This document shows positions 40,559-48,801 of a stretch of DNA of 64,000 nucleotides, one piece after another. How positions within the stretch are numbered: position 1 is the stretch's first letter; the number at the start of each line of letters is the position of its first letter. The DNA lies in NCBI GenBank assembly GCA_963762545.1, contig CAVXLC010000002.1:1120356-1184355 (forward strand), in the 5' to 3' direction. Under the pieces are notes generated by a model. It did no database searches. It had not been told where the DNA came from and saw only the letters and a list, made by a program, of their open reading frames with translations. The DNA comes from an uncultured Gemmatimonadales bacterium (GTDB lineage Bacteria; Gemmatimonadota; Gemmatimonadetes; Gemmatimonadales; GWC2-71-9). A program made the translations under genes and the position numbers.

Positions 40559-42697
40559 ATGTCACTGCAACGTGCTTCACGAGCAATGCCCCGGTGGCTG
40601 AGCGGTCTCGCCCTCTGCCTGTTCCCTGGCTGGTTGACGGCGCAGCAGGCGGCCGACTCCGCCACCAAGCCGCTCGCGCCGCGAGCCACCGCCCTTTCCG
40701 AGCTCGTCGTCACCGCGACCCGGACCACCCAGCGGATCGGCGAGGTGCCGGCCAACATCACCGTGCTGACCCGGCGCGATCTCGGCACCTCGGCGGCGCA
40801 AACGGTCGCCGCGATGCTGAGTCGCATCCCCGGGTTTGCCGCGAGAGACTATCAAAGCTCGCTGGTCGCTTCGCCGTCCCGGTCGGCACCCTCGTTTCGT
40901 GGTCTGGGCGGTTCCAACGCCGGACGGACCCTGGTGCTCTACGATGGCGTCCCCCTCAACGAACCCTTCAGTGGGGCGGTGGATTGGGCGCGGATCCCCC
41001 TGGCGCTGGTGGACCGGGTGGAAACGATACGCGGGGGTGGATCGATGCTGTGGGGCAGCCGCGCGCTCGGCGGCGTCATCAATATCCTGACCCGGCCGAC
41101 GGAGTCCACCCGTCTGGACCTCGAGCTCGAAGGGGGCGACCGGTCCACCTTCCGTGGCTCCGGGGACGTCGCCACCCGCCGAGGGCCGGTCAGCGCCACC
41201 CTCGCCGGTTCGGTGGGGGAGTCCGACGGATTCCGGACCATCCGCCCCGACCAGGCGGGACCGATCGACGTGGCGACGCGGACCTCGCAGCAGACGGTGC
41301 TCGGCAAGGTGAGCGTGGACCTAGCCCATTCAGTCCGGGCCTATCTGGCGGGCAACTACCTCCAGGCAAGGCATCAGGGTCCGACCCCTACCGACAGCGG
41401 GCCAGCCACGGTGGGCGAAGTGCGGGGCGGAGTCCAGGTGGTGACCCGCCAGGGTGGTGTCTTGGACTTCACCGGCTATGGTAGCCATCGGACTTCGCTG
41501 GTCATAGCCACGAATGTCGCCACCGACCGGACCACGGAGGCGGTGCGCTCGTACAACCGCAGCCCATCGGACGGCTTCGGGACCTCAGTCCAGTGGTCTG
41601 AGACCGCCGGCCCCCACGCGCTCACCGTGGGTACCGATTGGAGCCTGGCCAAGGGCACCGGACGGGAGGACTACGGCTTGTCCCAGGGCGTGATGACCAG
41701 ACAGCGAGTTTCCGAAGGCCGCCAGATCCTCGGCGGGGTCTTCCTCCAGGATGGTTGGGGACCCGGCCCGCGCTGGCGGTTACTTGGTGCGCTGCGCGTC
41801 GATCTCGTCCGGAATGAGCATGGCCGCCGGCGGGAGCGGGACCTCACATCCGGCACGGTGCTGCTCGACACCGCCTATGCAGCACAGGTGGCCACGCGCG
41901 TCAGCCTCAACGCCGGGGTCCGTCAGGAGGCCACCCCTTGGCTGGCCTGGAGGGCAAGCGTCTACCAGGCCTTCCGCGCGGCGACGCTCAGCGAGATGTA
42001 CCGACCCAACAAGGGCACCGGGCGGGGCAATATCACGGAAGCGAATCCAGAGCTCCAACCGGAACGGTTGACCGGCGCCGAGATTGGCGCCGACCTGACG
42101 CTCGGCGAGGGACTGCTAGTGCGGCTGGGGGGATTCTGGAACCGCGTCCTCGATCCCATCGTGGACTTCACGGTCGGCGTCGCCGACCAGAATGGCCAGG
42201 TCATCGATCCCTGCGGCGTGCTGCTCAAGGACCAGGTGTGCCGCCAGCGGCGCAACGTGGAATCCCTTCGGACCGTCGGCCTCGAGACCGAGATCGAATA
42301 CCACCCTCGCCCCGAGTGGTCACTCTGGGGGAGCTACACCTACAATCCCACCCGAGTGACCGCCCACGGGCAGCCCATGGATGGCAAGACGGCCCGGGGC
42401 GCCGCCAAGCACGTGGTGACCGCGTTCGTCACCTGGGACCATCCGCGTCTCCTCGGCGTAACCCTCGAAGGACGCTACGTCGATACCCGGTTCGATGACG
42501 ATCTCAACTCGCTCAGGCTGGGCGGCTTCGCCGTGGCGGGTTTGCGGCTCAACCGCCGGCTGTCCCGGCAGTCGTCCGCCTATCTCAAGATCGACAACCT
42601 GTTCAACACCCAGTACGAGGTCACCCGGAGCACCACGGGCATCGTCGAGGTCGGCGGGCCGCGGTGGGTCCTCGCGGGAATCCGGGCCACCTGGTGA
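40559..42697 (+). CDS. TonB-dependent outer-membrane receptor
   Basis: Signal peptide, plug-domain motifs (ELVVTATR, RIPGF, VLYDGVPLNEP, VDRVETIRGGGSMLWGSRALGGVINILT), and a beta-barrel ending in the aromatic terminal ...GIRATW. Confidence 0.9.
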   Translation: MSLQRASRAMPRWLSGLALCLFPGWLTAQQAADSATKPLAPRATALSELVVTATRTTQRIGEVPANITVLTRRDLGTSAAQTVAAMLSRIPGFAARDYQSSLVASPSRSAPSFRGLGGSNAGRTLVLYDGVPLNEPFSGAVDWARIPLALVDRVETIRGGGSMLWGSRALGGVINILTRPTESTRLDLELEGGDRSTFRGSGDVATRRGPVSATLAGSVGESDGFRTIRPDQAGPIDVATRTSQQTVLGKVSVDLAHSVRAYLAGNYLQARHQGPTPTDSGPATVGEVRGGVQVVTRQGGVLDFTGYGSHRTSLVIATNVATDRTTEAVRSYNRSPSDGFGTSVQWSETAGPHALTVGTDWSLAKGTGREDYGLSQGVMTRQRVSEGRQILGGVFLQDGWGPGPRWRLLGALRVDLVRNEHGRRRERDLTSGTVLLDTAYAAQVATRVSLNAGVRQEATPWLAWRASVYQAFRAATLSEMYRPNKGTGRGNITEANPELQPERLTGAEIGADLTLGEGLLVRLGGFWNRVLDPIVDFTVGVADQNGQVIDPCGVLLKDQVCRQRRNVESLRTVGLETEIEYHPRPEWSLWGSYTYNPTRVTAHGQPMDGKTARGAAKHVVTAFVTWDHPRLLGVTLEGRYVDTRFDDDLNSLRLGGFAVAGLRLNRRLSRQSSAYLKIDNLFNTQYEVTRSTTGIVEVGGPRWVLAGIRATW

Positions 42698-43527
42698 TGC
42701 TCCGGCCGGCGATTCAGCGGTCCGGCGCGCCGGGCGCCGTCCCCACCGGCGCGGGGGCCGGATTCTATTGTCGGGACGTCTGCCGCTTCTACGAGAGCGA
42801 GCGGGGGGTGGTCACCGCCCTCGATGGGGTTTCGTTCAGTGTCCGGCCTGCGGAGTTTGTGTGCGTAGTCGGCCCAAGTGGCTGCGGCAAGTCCACGCTG
42901 CTTCGAATCATCGCCGGCCTGATCAAACCTTCCTCCGGCCGGGTCATGTTCGACGGCGGAGTTCTCGCCGGTCACCTCCGGGGGGGGCTGGTGGTGCAGG
43001 AGAACGGCACCTTCCCCTGGATGACGGTGCTGGACAACGTGGCGTTCGGGCTGGAGATGCTCGGCATCGCCCGCACCGAACGGCGGCAACGGGCCAGTGA
43101 CTTCCTCGATCGGGTCGGCCTCGGCCAGTTCGCGCGTCACTACCCCCACGAGCTCTCGGTCGGGATGCGACAACGGGTTGGCATCGGACGCGCCTTCGTG
43201 TCCGACGCACCGCTGCTCCTTATGGACGAGCCGTTTGGCTCGCTCGACGCGCAAACCCGCTGGGTGCTCCAAGCCGAACTGCTCCGGGTCTGGAATGCGG
43301 ACCGGAAGCTGGTGGTGTTCGTGACCCACGACGTGGAAGAAGCGGTCCTCCTGGCCGATCGGGTACTGGTCATGACGGGCAGGCCGGGGCGAATCCGTGA
43401 GGAAGTCCGGATTCCGCTGGAACGGCCCCGGGACCCGCGCAGCGACCACAAACTGGTGAGCGAAATCACCTGGCATATCTGGCGATTACTCGAGGAGGAA
43501 GTACGCAGCGGACTTTCCGTGCGCTGA
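42697..43527 (+). CDS. ABC transporter ATP-binding protein (NitT/TauT-type importer)
   Basis: The start shares a base with the receptor stop (TGATG). Walker A GPSGCGKST, signature LSVGMRQR, and Walker B LLLMDEPFGSLD. Confidence 0.9.
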   Translation: MLRPAIQRSGAPGAVPTGAGAGFYCRDVCRFYESERGVVTALDGVSFSVRPAEFVCVVGPSGCGKSTLLRIIAGLIKPSSGRVMFDGGVLAGHLRGGLVVQENGTFPWMTVLDNVAFGLEMLGIARTERRQRASDFLDRVGLGQFARHYPHELSVGMRQRVGIGRAFVSDAPLLLMDEPFGSLDAQTRWVLQAELLRVWNADRKLVVFVTHDVEEAVLLADRVLVMTGRPGRIREEVRIPLERPRDPRSDHKLVSEITWHIWRLLEEEVRSGLSVR

Positions 43528-43552
43528 TCGCCCGGTCGCCGCTTCCGGCCCG

Positions 43553-44310
43553 ATGGTCCCCGGGATCACTCGGGGTCATCATCGTGCTGCTCGCCCTCTG
43601 GGAGGCTGGCGATCCGGGCGGGCTGGTACTCCGGGCTTTTCTTTCCGGCTCCGACCGCCATCGCCCGCGCGCTGGGCGACTCCCTCGCCGGCGGGCAGCT
43701 GGGGTTGCACCTCTCCGCGACCCTGCTCCGCATCGCGGGGGGACTGGTGATCGGGGGCGCGGCCGGACTCCTGCTCGGACTGGCGATGGGGAGCTGGCGT
43801 GGCGTCCGCACGGTGATCGATCCGATCATTGCCGCGATCCACCCGATTCCCAAGCTCGCCCTGTTCCCGCTCCTGATCGTCGTGCTCGGCATCGGGGAGC
43901 GCTCCAAGATCGCCGCGGTCGCCGTCGGTGCGTTCTTCCCCATGGTGCTCAATACGATGGCCGGCGTCCGGACCATCAGTCCGGTGCACCTCGACCTGGC
44001 CAGGAACTATGGGGCCTCGACCTGGCAGTTGTTCAGGCGGGTACTCCTTCCGGGCAGTCTGCCGATGATCCTCACCGGACTCAGGCTCTCCACCAACGTC
44101 GCCTTCCATGCGACCATCGGTGTCGAGATGGTGGGCTCCCGGATCGGACTCGGCTCACTCCTCTGGCTCTCGTGGCAGACCTTTCGCATCGAGCAGCTCT
44201 ACGCGACCCTGACCGTGATCGCGGTCGTTGGGGTCAGTCTCACCATCCTCCTCCGGGAGATCGCCCGCCGAAGCGCTCCCTGGCTCCCCGAGCATCAGGT
44301 GGACTCCTGA
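43553..44310 (+). pseudogene. ABC transporter permease (NitT/TauT-type), N-terminus out of frame
   Basis: The body (43606-44310, frame 1) reads AIRAGWYSGLFFPAPTAIARAL...IHPIPKLALFPLLIVVLGIGERSKI.... The first TM segment (GVIIVLLALWEA) is in another frame, and the only ATG (43553) is in the third frame. No canonical start is in frame with the body before TTG 43705. Confidence 0.6.
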
Positions 44311-44332
44311 GCTCCCCAGCCGAAGGGTCCGG

Positions 44333-46183
44333 ATGAAGCTCCATCCGAGAGGGGAGGGTCCCGGACGGATGACCGGCGCGGTGGTGGCGGAAGGGCCCCG
44401 AAACGTCAAGTTTCGCGATGCTTGGCGGGAGTCACGTGAACTCTTCCACCGGCATCGCGGTCGCCTGGCTATCGGCATGATCCTGATGCTGGTCAGCCGT
44501 CTTGCGGGCCTGGTGCTCCCGGCTTGTTCCAAGTACTTCATCGACCACATCCTGGTCCCGAAACAGTTCCAGCTTCTGGGTCCGCTCGCCGCTCTGGTCG
44601 GTCTTGCCACGTTGGTCCAGGCGGGGAGCGGCCTCGCCGTGTCGCAGGTCCTGGGAGTGGCGGCCCAGCGCGCCGTCACCGAAATGCGCCGGCGGGTCGA
44701 GGCTCACGTCCTCCGCCTCCCGGTCAGCCGGTTCGACTCCACCCAGACAGGAGTCCTGATCTCGCGGATCATGGCCGATGCCGACGGTCTCCGAAACCTG
44801 GTGGGCAGCGGGCTGGTCCAGCTTGTCGGCAGCCTGATCACGGCGATGGCCGCGTTGGGGGCGCTGTTCTGGATCAATTGGAAGATCACCGTCGTCATGG
44901 TCCTCGTCCTGCTGGCGTTCGGAGGGGCGATGGCGGTGGCGTTTACCCGGTTGCGTCCGGTGTTCCGGGAACGAAACCGGCTCACTGCCGCGGTTACCGG
45001 CCGGTTGGCCGAGTCGCTGGGCGGAATCCGGATCGTCAAGTCGTACGTGGCCGAGCGGCGGGAGGATCTGGTTTTCACGCGTGGCGTGCACGGGATCTTC
45101 CGGACCATCGTACGCTCGATTACTGGGTGGTCCCTGGCAGGCGCTCTGACCACCGTGGTCATCGGCGCCATCGGGATCATCATGATTCTGATGGGTGGCA
45201 GTGCCATCCGGGCCCAGGAGGTCAGCCTGGGGGACCTGGCGATGTATCTCCTCTTCACCGGCATGGTGGCCGCCCCGCTGATCCAGATTGCCCAGGTGGG
45301 CACCCAGGTCGCCGAGGCCTTCGCCGGCCTCGACCGGATCAGGGAGATCCTGGGCATGCCGACCGAGGATGAAGAGGACCGAACCCGCCGTCCCGTCCCC
45401 CCCCTCCGTGGGGAGGTCCGGTTCGAGAAGGTCGACTTCGAGTACCTGCCCGGAGTCCCGGTCCTACGGCAGGTGTCGTTCGTGGCGCCGGCGGGCTCGA
45501 CCACAGCGCTGGTGGGGCCCAGCGGCTCGGGGAAGAGCACGTTACTTGGCCTGGTGATGGCGTTCAGCCGCCCGACCCAAGGCCGGATCCTGATCGACGG
45601 CATGGACCTGGCAACCCTCCGGCTGCGGGACTACCGCTCCCGGCTGGGCATGGTGCTCCAGGACAATTTTCTCTTCGACGGCACCATTCTCGAGAACATC
45701 CGGTTCTCCCGCCCCGCGGCCACGCGCGAGGAAGCGATGGTCGTGAGCCGGATCGCCCACTGTGAGGAGTTCATTTCCCGGTTCCCCGACGGCTACGACA
45801 CCATCGTCGGTGAGCGGGGGGTCAAGCTCTCCGGCGGGCAACGTCAGCGGGTGGCGATCGCCCGGGCGATCCTGGCCGACCCGGCAATTCTCTTGCTGGA
45901 CGAGGCGACCTCGAGTCTCGACAGCGAAAGCGAGGCCTTGATCCGCGATGGCTTGCATGCCCTGAGGCAGGGCCGCACGTCCTTCGTCATCGCCCACCGG
46001 CTGTCGACCATCGTCAGCGCCGACCAGATCTTGGTGCTCGAAAATGGCCGGATCGTGGAGCACGGCATCCACTCGGAATTGCTGGCGCGGAAGGGGCGGT
46101 ACCGCCAGCTCTATGACCGGCAATACCAGCTGGAGGAGAATCGTTACGTCAATCCCGGCGAGGAGCTGGCCGCCACCATCTAG
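44333..46183 (+). CDS. ABC exporter, fused permease/ATPase (MsbA / multidrug-type half transporter)
   Basis: Six N-terminal TM segments. Walker A GPSGSGKST, signature LSGGQRQRVAIARA, Walker B ILLLDEATSSLD, and H-loop IAHRLST. Confidence 0.88.
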   Translation: MKLHPRGEGPGRMTGAVVAEGPRNVKFRDAWRESRELFHRHRGRLAIGMILMLVSRLAGLVLPACSKYFIDHILVPKQFQLLGPLAALVGLATLVQAGSGLAVSQVLGVAAQRAVTEMRRRVEAHVLRLPVSRFDSTQTGVLISRIMADADGLRNLVGSGLVQLVGSLITAMAALGALFWINWKITVVMVLVLLAFGGAMAVAFTRLRPVFRERNRLTAAVTGRLAESLGGIRIVKSYVAERREDLVFTRGVHGIFRTIVRSITGWSLAGALTTVVIGAIGIIMILMGGSAIRAQEVSLGDLAMYLLFTGMVAAPLIQIAQVGTQVAEAFAGLDRIREILGMPTEDEEDRTRRPVPPLRGEVRFEKVDFEYLPGVPVLRQVSFVAPAGSTTALVGPSGSGKSTLLGLVMAFSRPTQGRILIDGMDLATLRLRDYRSRLGMVLQDNFLFDGTILENIRFSRPAATREEAMVVSRIAHCEEFISRFPDGYDTIVGERGVKLSGGQRQRVAIARAILADPAILLLDEATSSLDSESEALIRDGLHALRQGRTSFVIAHRLSTIVSADQILVLENGRIVEHGIHSELLARKGRYRQLYDRQYQLEENRYVNPGEELAATI

Positions 46184-46342
46184 CCGGGAGGGCGGGGGAG
46201 AAGACCTCGAGGTACCTTCCGGACGCCGGGAGTGAAGCTCGGGCGCGAGTGAGCGTCACGGCTGCGCTCCTGCGTTCGATACCCCGGAAAATCCTTACCA
46301 GGGCCTGGTGGTGGTTCTGGGCCAGCCGGCTTCGGAGGCGAG

Positions 46343-46648
46343 TCATCGACTGAGCAGGCGGTTGTATACCTCGCCGATGATCCGCCCGACCCCGTACCCG
46401 AAAACGAAACCGTACACCAAGCCGACAAATGCGCCGGCCACGGTCACCCGGTAGCCCGGGAAGAAGATCCCGAGCAGCTGGAGGTGGTGGCCGACATTTT
46501 CCCCGCCCTTGAGGACCAGGAGGAGGGTCGCCCCGAAGAGGCCGAGGCCCGCCAGGAGCCCGAAGGCAATACCCCACACTCTCGCATTGAGCCGCAGCAC
46601 GGCGCTTCGCAGACTGAGCGATTGATCGCGGTCGGTGGTCAGAGTCAT
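46343..46648 (-). CDS. small 2-TM membrane protein, paralogue B (unknown family)
   Basis: 101 aa. TM1 is VWGIAFGLLAGLGLFGATLLLVL and TM2 is VAGAFVGLVYGFVFGYGVG. It shares a LLGxFFxGYxV..GAxxG...GFV core with the upstream gene. GGAG lies directly upstream. Confidence 0.6.
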   Translation of the reverse strand: MTLTTDRDQSLSLRSAVLRLNARVWGIAFGLLAGLGLFGATLLLVLKGGENVGHHLQLLGIFFPGYRVTVAGAFVGLVYGFVFGYGVGRIIGEVYNRLLSR

Positions 46649-46654
46649 CTCCAG

Positions 46655-47014
46655 TCAGATGTGATCGAGGAAGTCTCGCGTCTGCTCCAGTTCCGCGCGG
46701 GAGCGGCCGACGAACAGCATCGCGGCGAGAACCAGGTTTCTCGTGAAGGCCAGGAACCACCCCATGACGAACCCGGCGATCCAGGCCTGGCCCGCCCCAA
46801 TCAATGCTCCCGGCCAGGACACCGAATATCCGATGAAGAACTGGCCCAGGAGGCCGAGCTTGAAGCCGGGATGGGGATCGCGGATCAGGTAGACCGCCGT
46901 CGCCAGGAAGGTCACCAGGGCGGCCGCCGTGCCGGTGGCGACGCCAAAAGCCCGCTTGTGCAGCAGGGCGAATCCGATGGCGGGCAGGTTCGGCGTCTCG
47001 GGTAACTCGGTCAC
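46655..47014 (-). CDS. small membrane protein, paralogue A (unknown family)
   Basis: GTG start overlapping the GT2 stop (GTGA). 119 aa. FGVATGTAAALVTFLATAVYLI and WPGALIGAGQAWIAGFVMGWFLAF hydrophobic segments. Confidence 0.55.
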   Translation of the reverse strand: MTELPETPNLPAIGFALLHKRAFGVATGTAAALVTFLATAVYLIRDPHPGFKLGLLGQFFIGYSVSWPGALIGAGQAWIAGFVMGWFLAFTRNLVLAAMLFVGRSRAELEQTRDFLDHI

Positions 47015-48063
47015 GGCGAGGGATCTCTCGAGCCTGGAGACCGATGAAGGATACTCTGGCCGGGACTGCCAAGATGGGCCAGGAACGCCAGGGTTCCGGC
47101 CACGGCGTTGGAGAGATAATAGCAGAGATGCAGGGGGACCGCAGCGATGGCGAATCCCACCCCTTCCTGCCGGGCGAACCAGCCATAGAGCGCTGCGTTC
47201 GAAGCCGCCACCCCAAGCAGGAGCCCGAGGGCAAGCCAGGCGGGCCGCAGATCGCGAAGCACCGCGGCGGCGGCCAGGGCGGCGAGGGCCAGACCGGCCG
47301 CCGTGACCCGCAGCCGCTCCCCCGGGCTCACGTTCAGCGTGGCCCGAGTGTGTCCGCGTCGTTCGAGCAACAGCCGCATCCACGGAATGGCCCGGTCCCG
47401 GAAGTCGGTCAGCATCATCCGGCCCAGCGCCCACCCCTTAAGGTGAGTTCCTTGAATGGCCGGATCGAGGATGATCACCGCACCGTGATCGCGTAAGCGG
47501 TAGCCGAACTCGATATCCTCGATCTGCGGCCGGGGGTATCGGCCGGGGTCGAAACCACCAAGCGCATGAAAGATATCGGCTCGCACCCCGCCGAGTCCCC
47601 CCCAGAATGTCTCGGCCGGTCCGGCCCCGCGGAGATGCACGTACCGATGGAGCAGATTGCGGTAGCGCGATACCAGGCCCGGTGCCGCGGGGGTGGCGTC
47701 GTAGGTTCCGAAGATGGCGGAGGCACCCGGGTGGGCGCTTACGCTCTCCCGGAAGCGGAGCAGCACGTCGGGGTGAACCCGGACGTCGGCATCCACGAAG
47801 AGCAGCCATTCTCCCCGGGCCACGCTTGCCCCGGCATTGCGCGCGCCGGCGGGACCGGCGGCGGGAGCGCCGAGGCGAACAACCCGGTCGGCGAAAGGCG
47901 CGGCGAGCTCCGCGGTGCCGTCGTCGCTGCCATCATCCACGAGGATCAGCTCCCACTCGACACCGGGGGAGGCGCAGGCGCGGATCGCGCGGAGCGTGTC
48001 CGGCAGCAGGGATGCCGCCTGGTAGGCCGGTACGATGACCGAAAGCGCGGGACGCTGCGTCAC
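47011..48063 (-). CDS. family-2 glycosyltransferase with a C-terminal membrane anchor (polyprenyl-phosphate sugar synthase-like: ArnC/GtrB/DPMS type)
   Basis: GTG start overlapping the deacetylase stop. LSVIVPAYQAA, LILVDDGSDDGT, ARNAGASVARGEWLLFVDADV and EDIEFGYRL motifs, followed by hydrophobic C-terminal helices. Confidence 0.8.
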   Translation of the reverse strand: MTQRPALSVIVPAYQAASLLPDTLRAIRACASPGVEWELILVDDGSDDGTAELAAPFADRVVRLGAPAAGPAGARNAGASVARGEWLLFVDADVRVHPDVLLRFRESVSAHPGASAIFGTYDATPAAPGLVSRYRNLLHRYVHLRGAGPAETFWGGLGGVRADIFHALGGFDPGRYPRPQIEDIEFGYRLRDHGAVIILDPAIQGTHLKGWALGRMMLTDFRDRAIPWMRLLLERRGHTRATLNVSPGERLRVTAAGLALAALAAAAVLRDLRPAWLALGLLLGVAASNAALYGWFARQEGVGFAIAAVPLHLCYYLSNAVAGTLAFLAHLGSPGQSILHRSPGSRDPSP

Positions 48064-48794
48064 GGGAGAATCACCGCTCGCGCCGCGCGCAACAGGCGAC
48101 GGGCTTCGAGGACCGCCCGGAAGCCGCGGCTGCCCCACCCTCGGTGGCGAACCCAGGACCGGAGGTACCAGGCGTCGATTCGGGGAAGCAGCATCGGATT
48201 CTCCGATTCGCCGACGGGCCGGAGATCCGTCGTGCAGGCCAGATCGTATGTGGCGGCGGTCCGGGCAGCCACGCGGGGGTTCACCGCGCCGTAGGGATAG
48301 GCGAACCACCGCGGTCGAGCGCCCAGGGCCGCCGCCACATCATCGGCCGCCCCCTCCAATTCCTCGTCCAACTGCTGGTCGCTGCACCCGGGGAGCCGGT
48401 GGTGGTGACGCGAGTGGGAGCCGATCGTCCAACCGCGCGACGCAAGGAGACCCAGTTCTTCCCAACCGAGCAGCGCCAGGTCCGGCACCCCGGGTCGAGA
48501 TCTCGTCTCCCAGCGATTGTCCTTCCCGACCCGCTTCGAGACCACGAAGACCGTTGCGGTCATCCCATGTGCCGCGAGGATCGGCGCGGCCTGCGTGGCC
48601 AGGTTGGCGATCCCGTCGTCGAAGGTCAGGGATATGGCCCTGGCGTGTTGCGGCAGAGTCGGCAGCTCACCCAGCGGAACCACCCGCACTCCCTCGGCAA
48701 CCAGCCACTCGATCTGCCGCCGAAACGACGCCGGGGGCACCGAGATGGCCGAGCCCGAATCGTCGATGGAGTGAAAGGTCAGGATGCCTCTCAT
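48060..48794 (-). CDS. polysaccharide deacetylase (CE4 / NodB homology domain)
   Basis: LTFDDG (motif 1), GSHSRHH (motif 2) and FAYPYG (motif 3). Confidence 0.85.
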   Translation of the reverse strand: MRGILTFHSIDDSGSAISVPPASFRRQIEWLVAEGVRVVPLGELPTLPQHARAISLTFDDGIANLATQAAPILAAHGMTATVFVVSKRVGKDNRWETRSRPGVPDLALLGWEELGLLASRGWTIGSHSRHHHRLPGCSDQQLDEELEGAADDVAAALGARPRWFAYPYGAVNPRVAARTAATYDLACTTDLRPVGESENPMLLPRIDAWYLRSWVRHRGWGSRGFRAVLEARRLLRAARAVILP

Positions 48795-48801
48795 CGCCGG
48801 T

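Noticed and set aside
46184-46342. A bidirectional intrinsic terminator between the convergent exporter gene and the glycan operon.
   Set aside because: I found only short, imperfect GC stems (for example ccggcttcgg) and no U/A tracts. The evidence is not enough to call a terminator.
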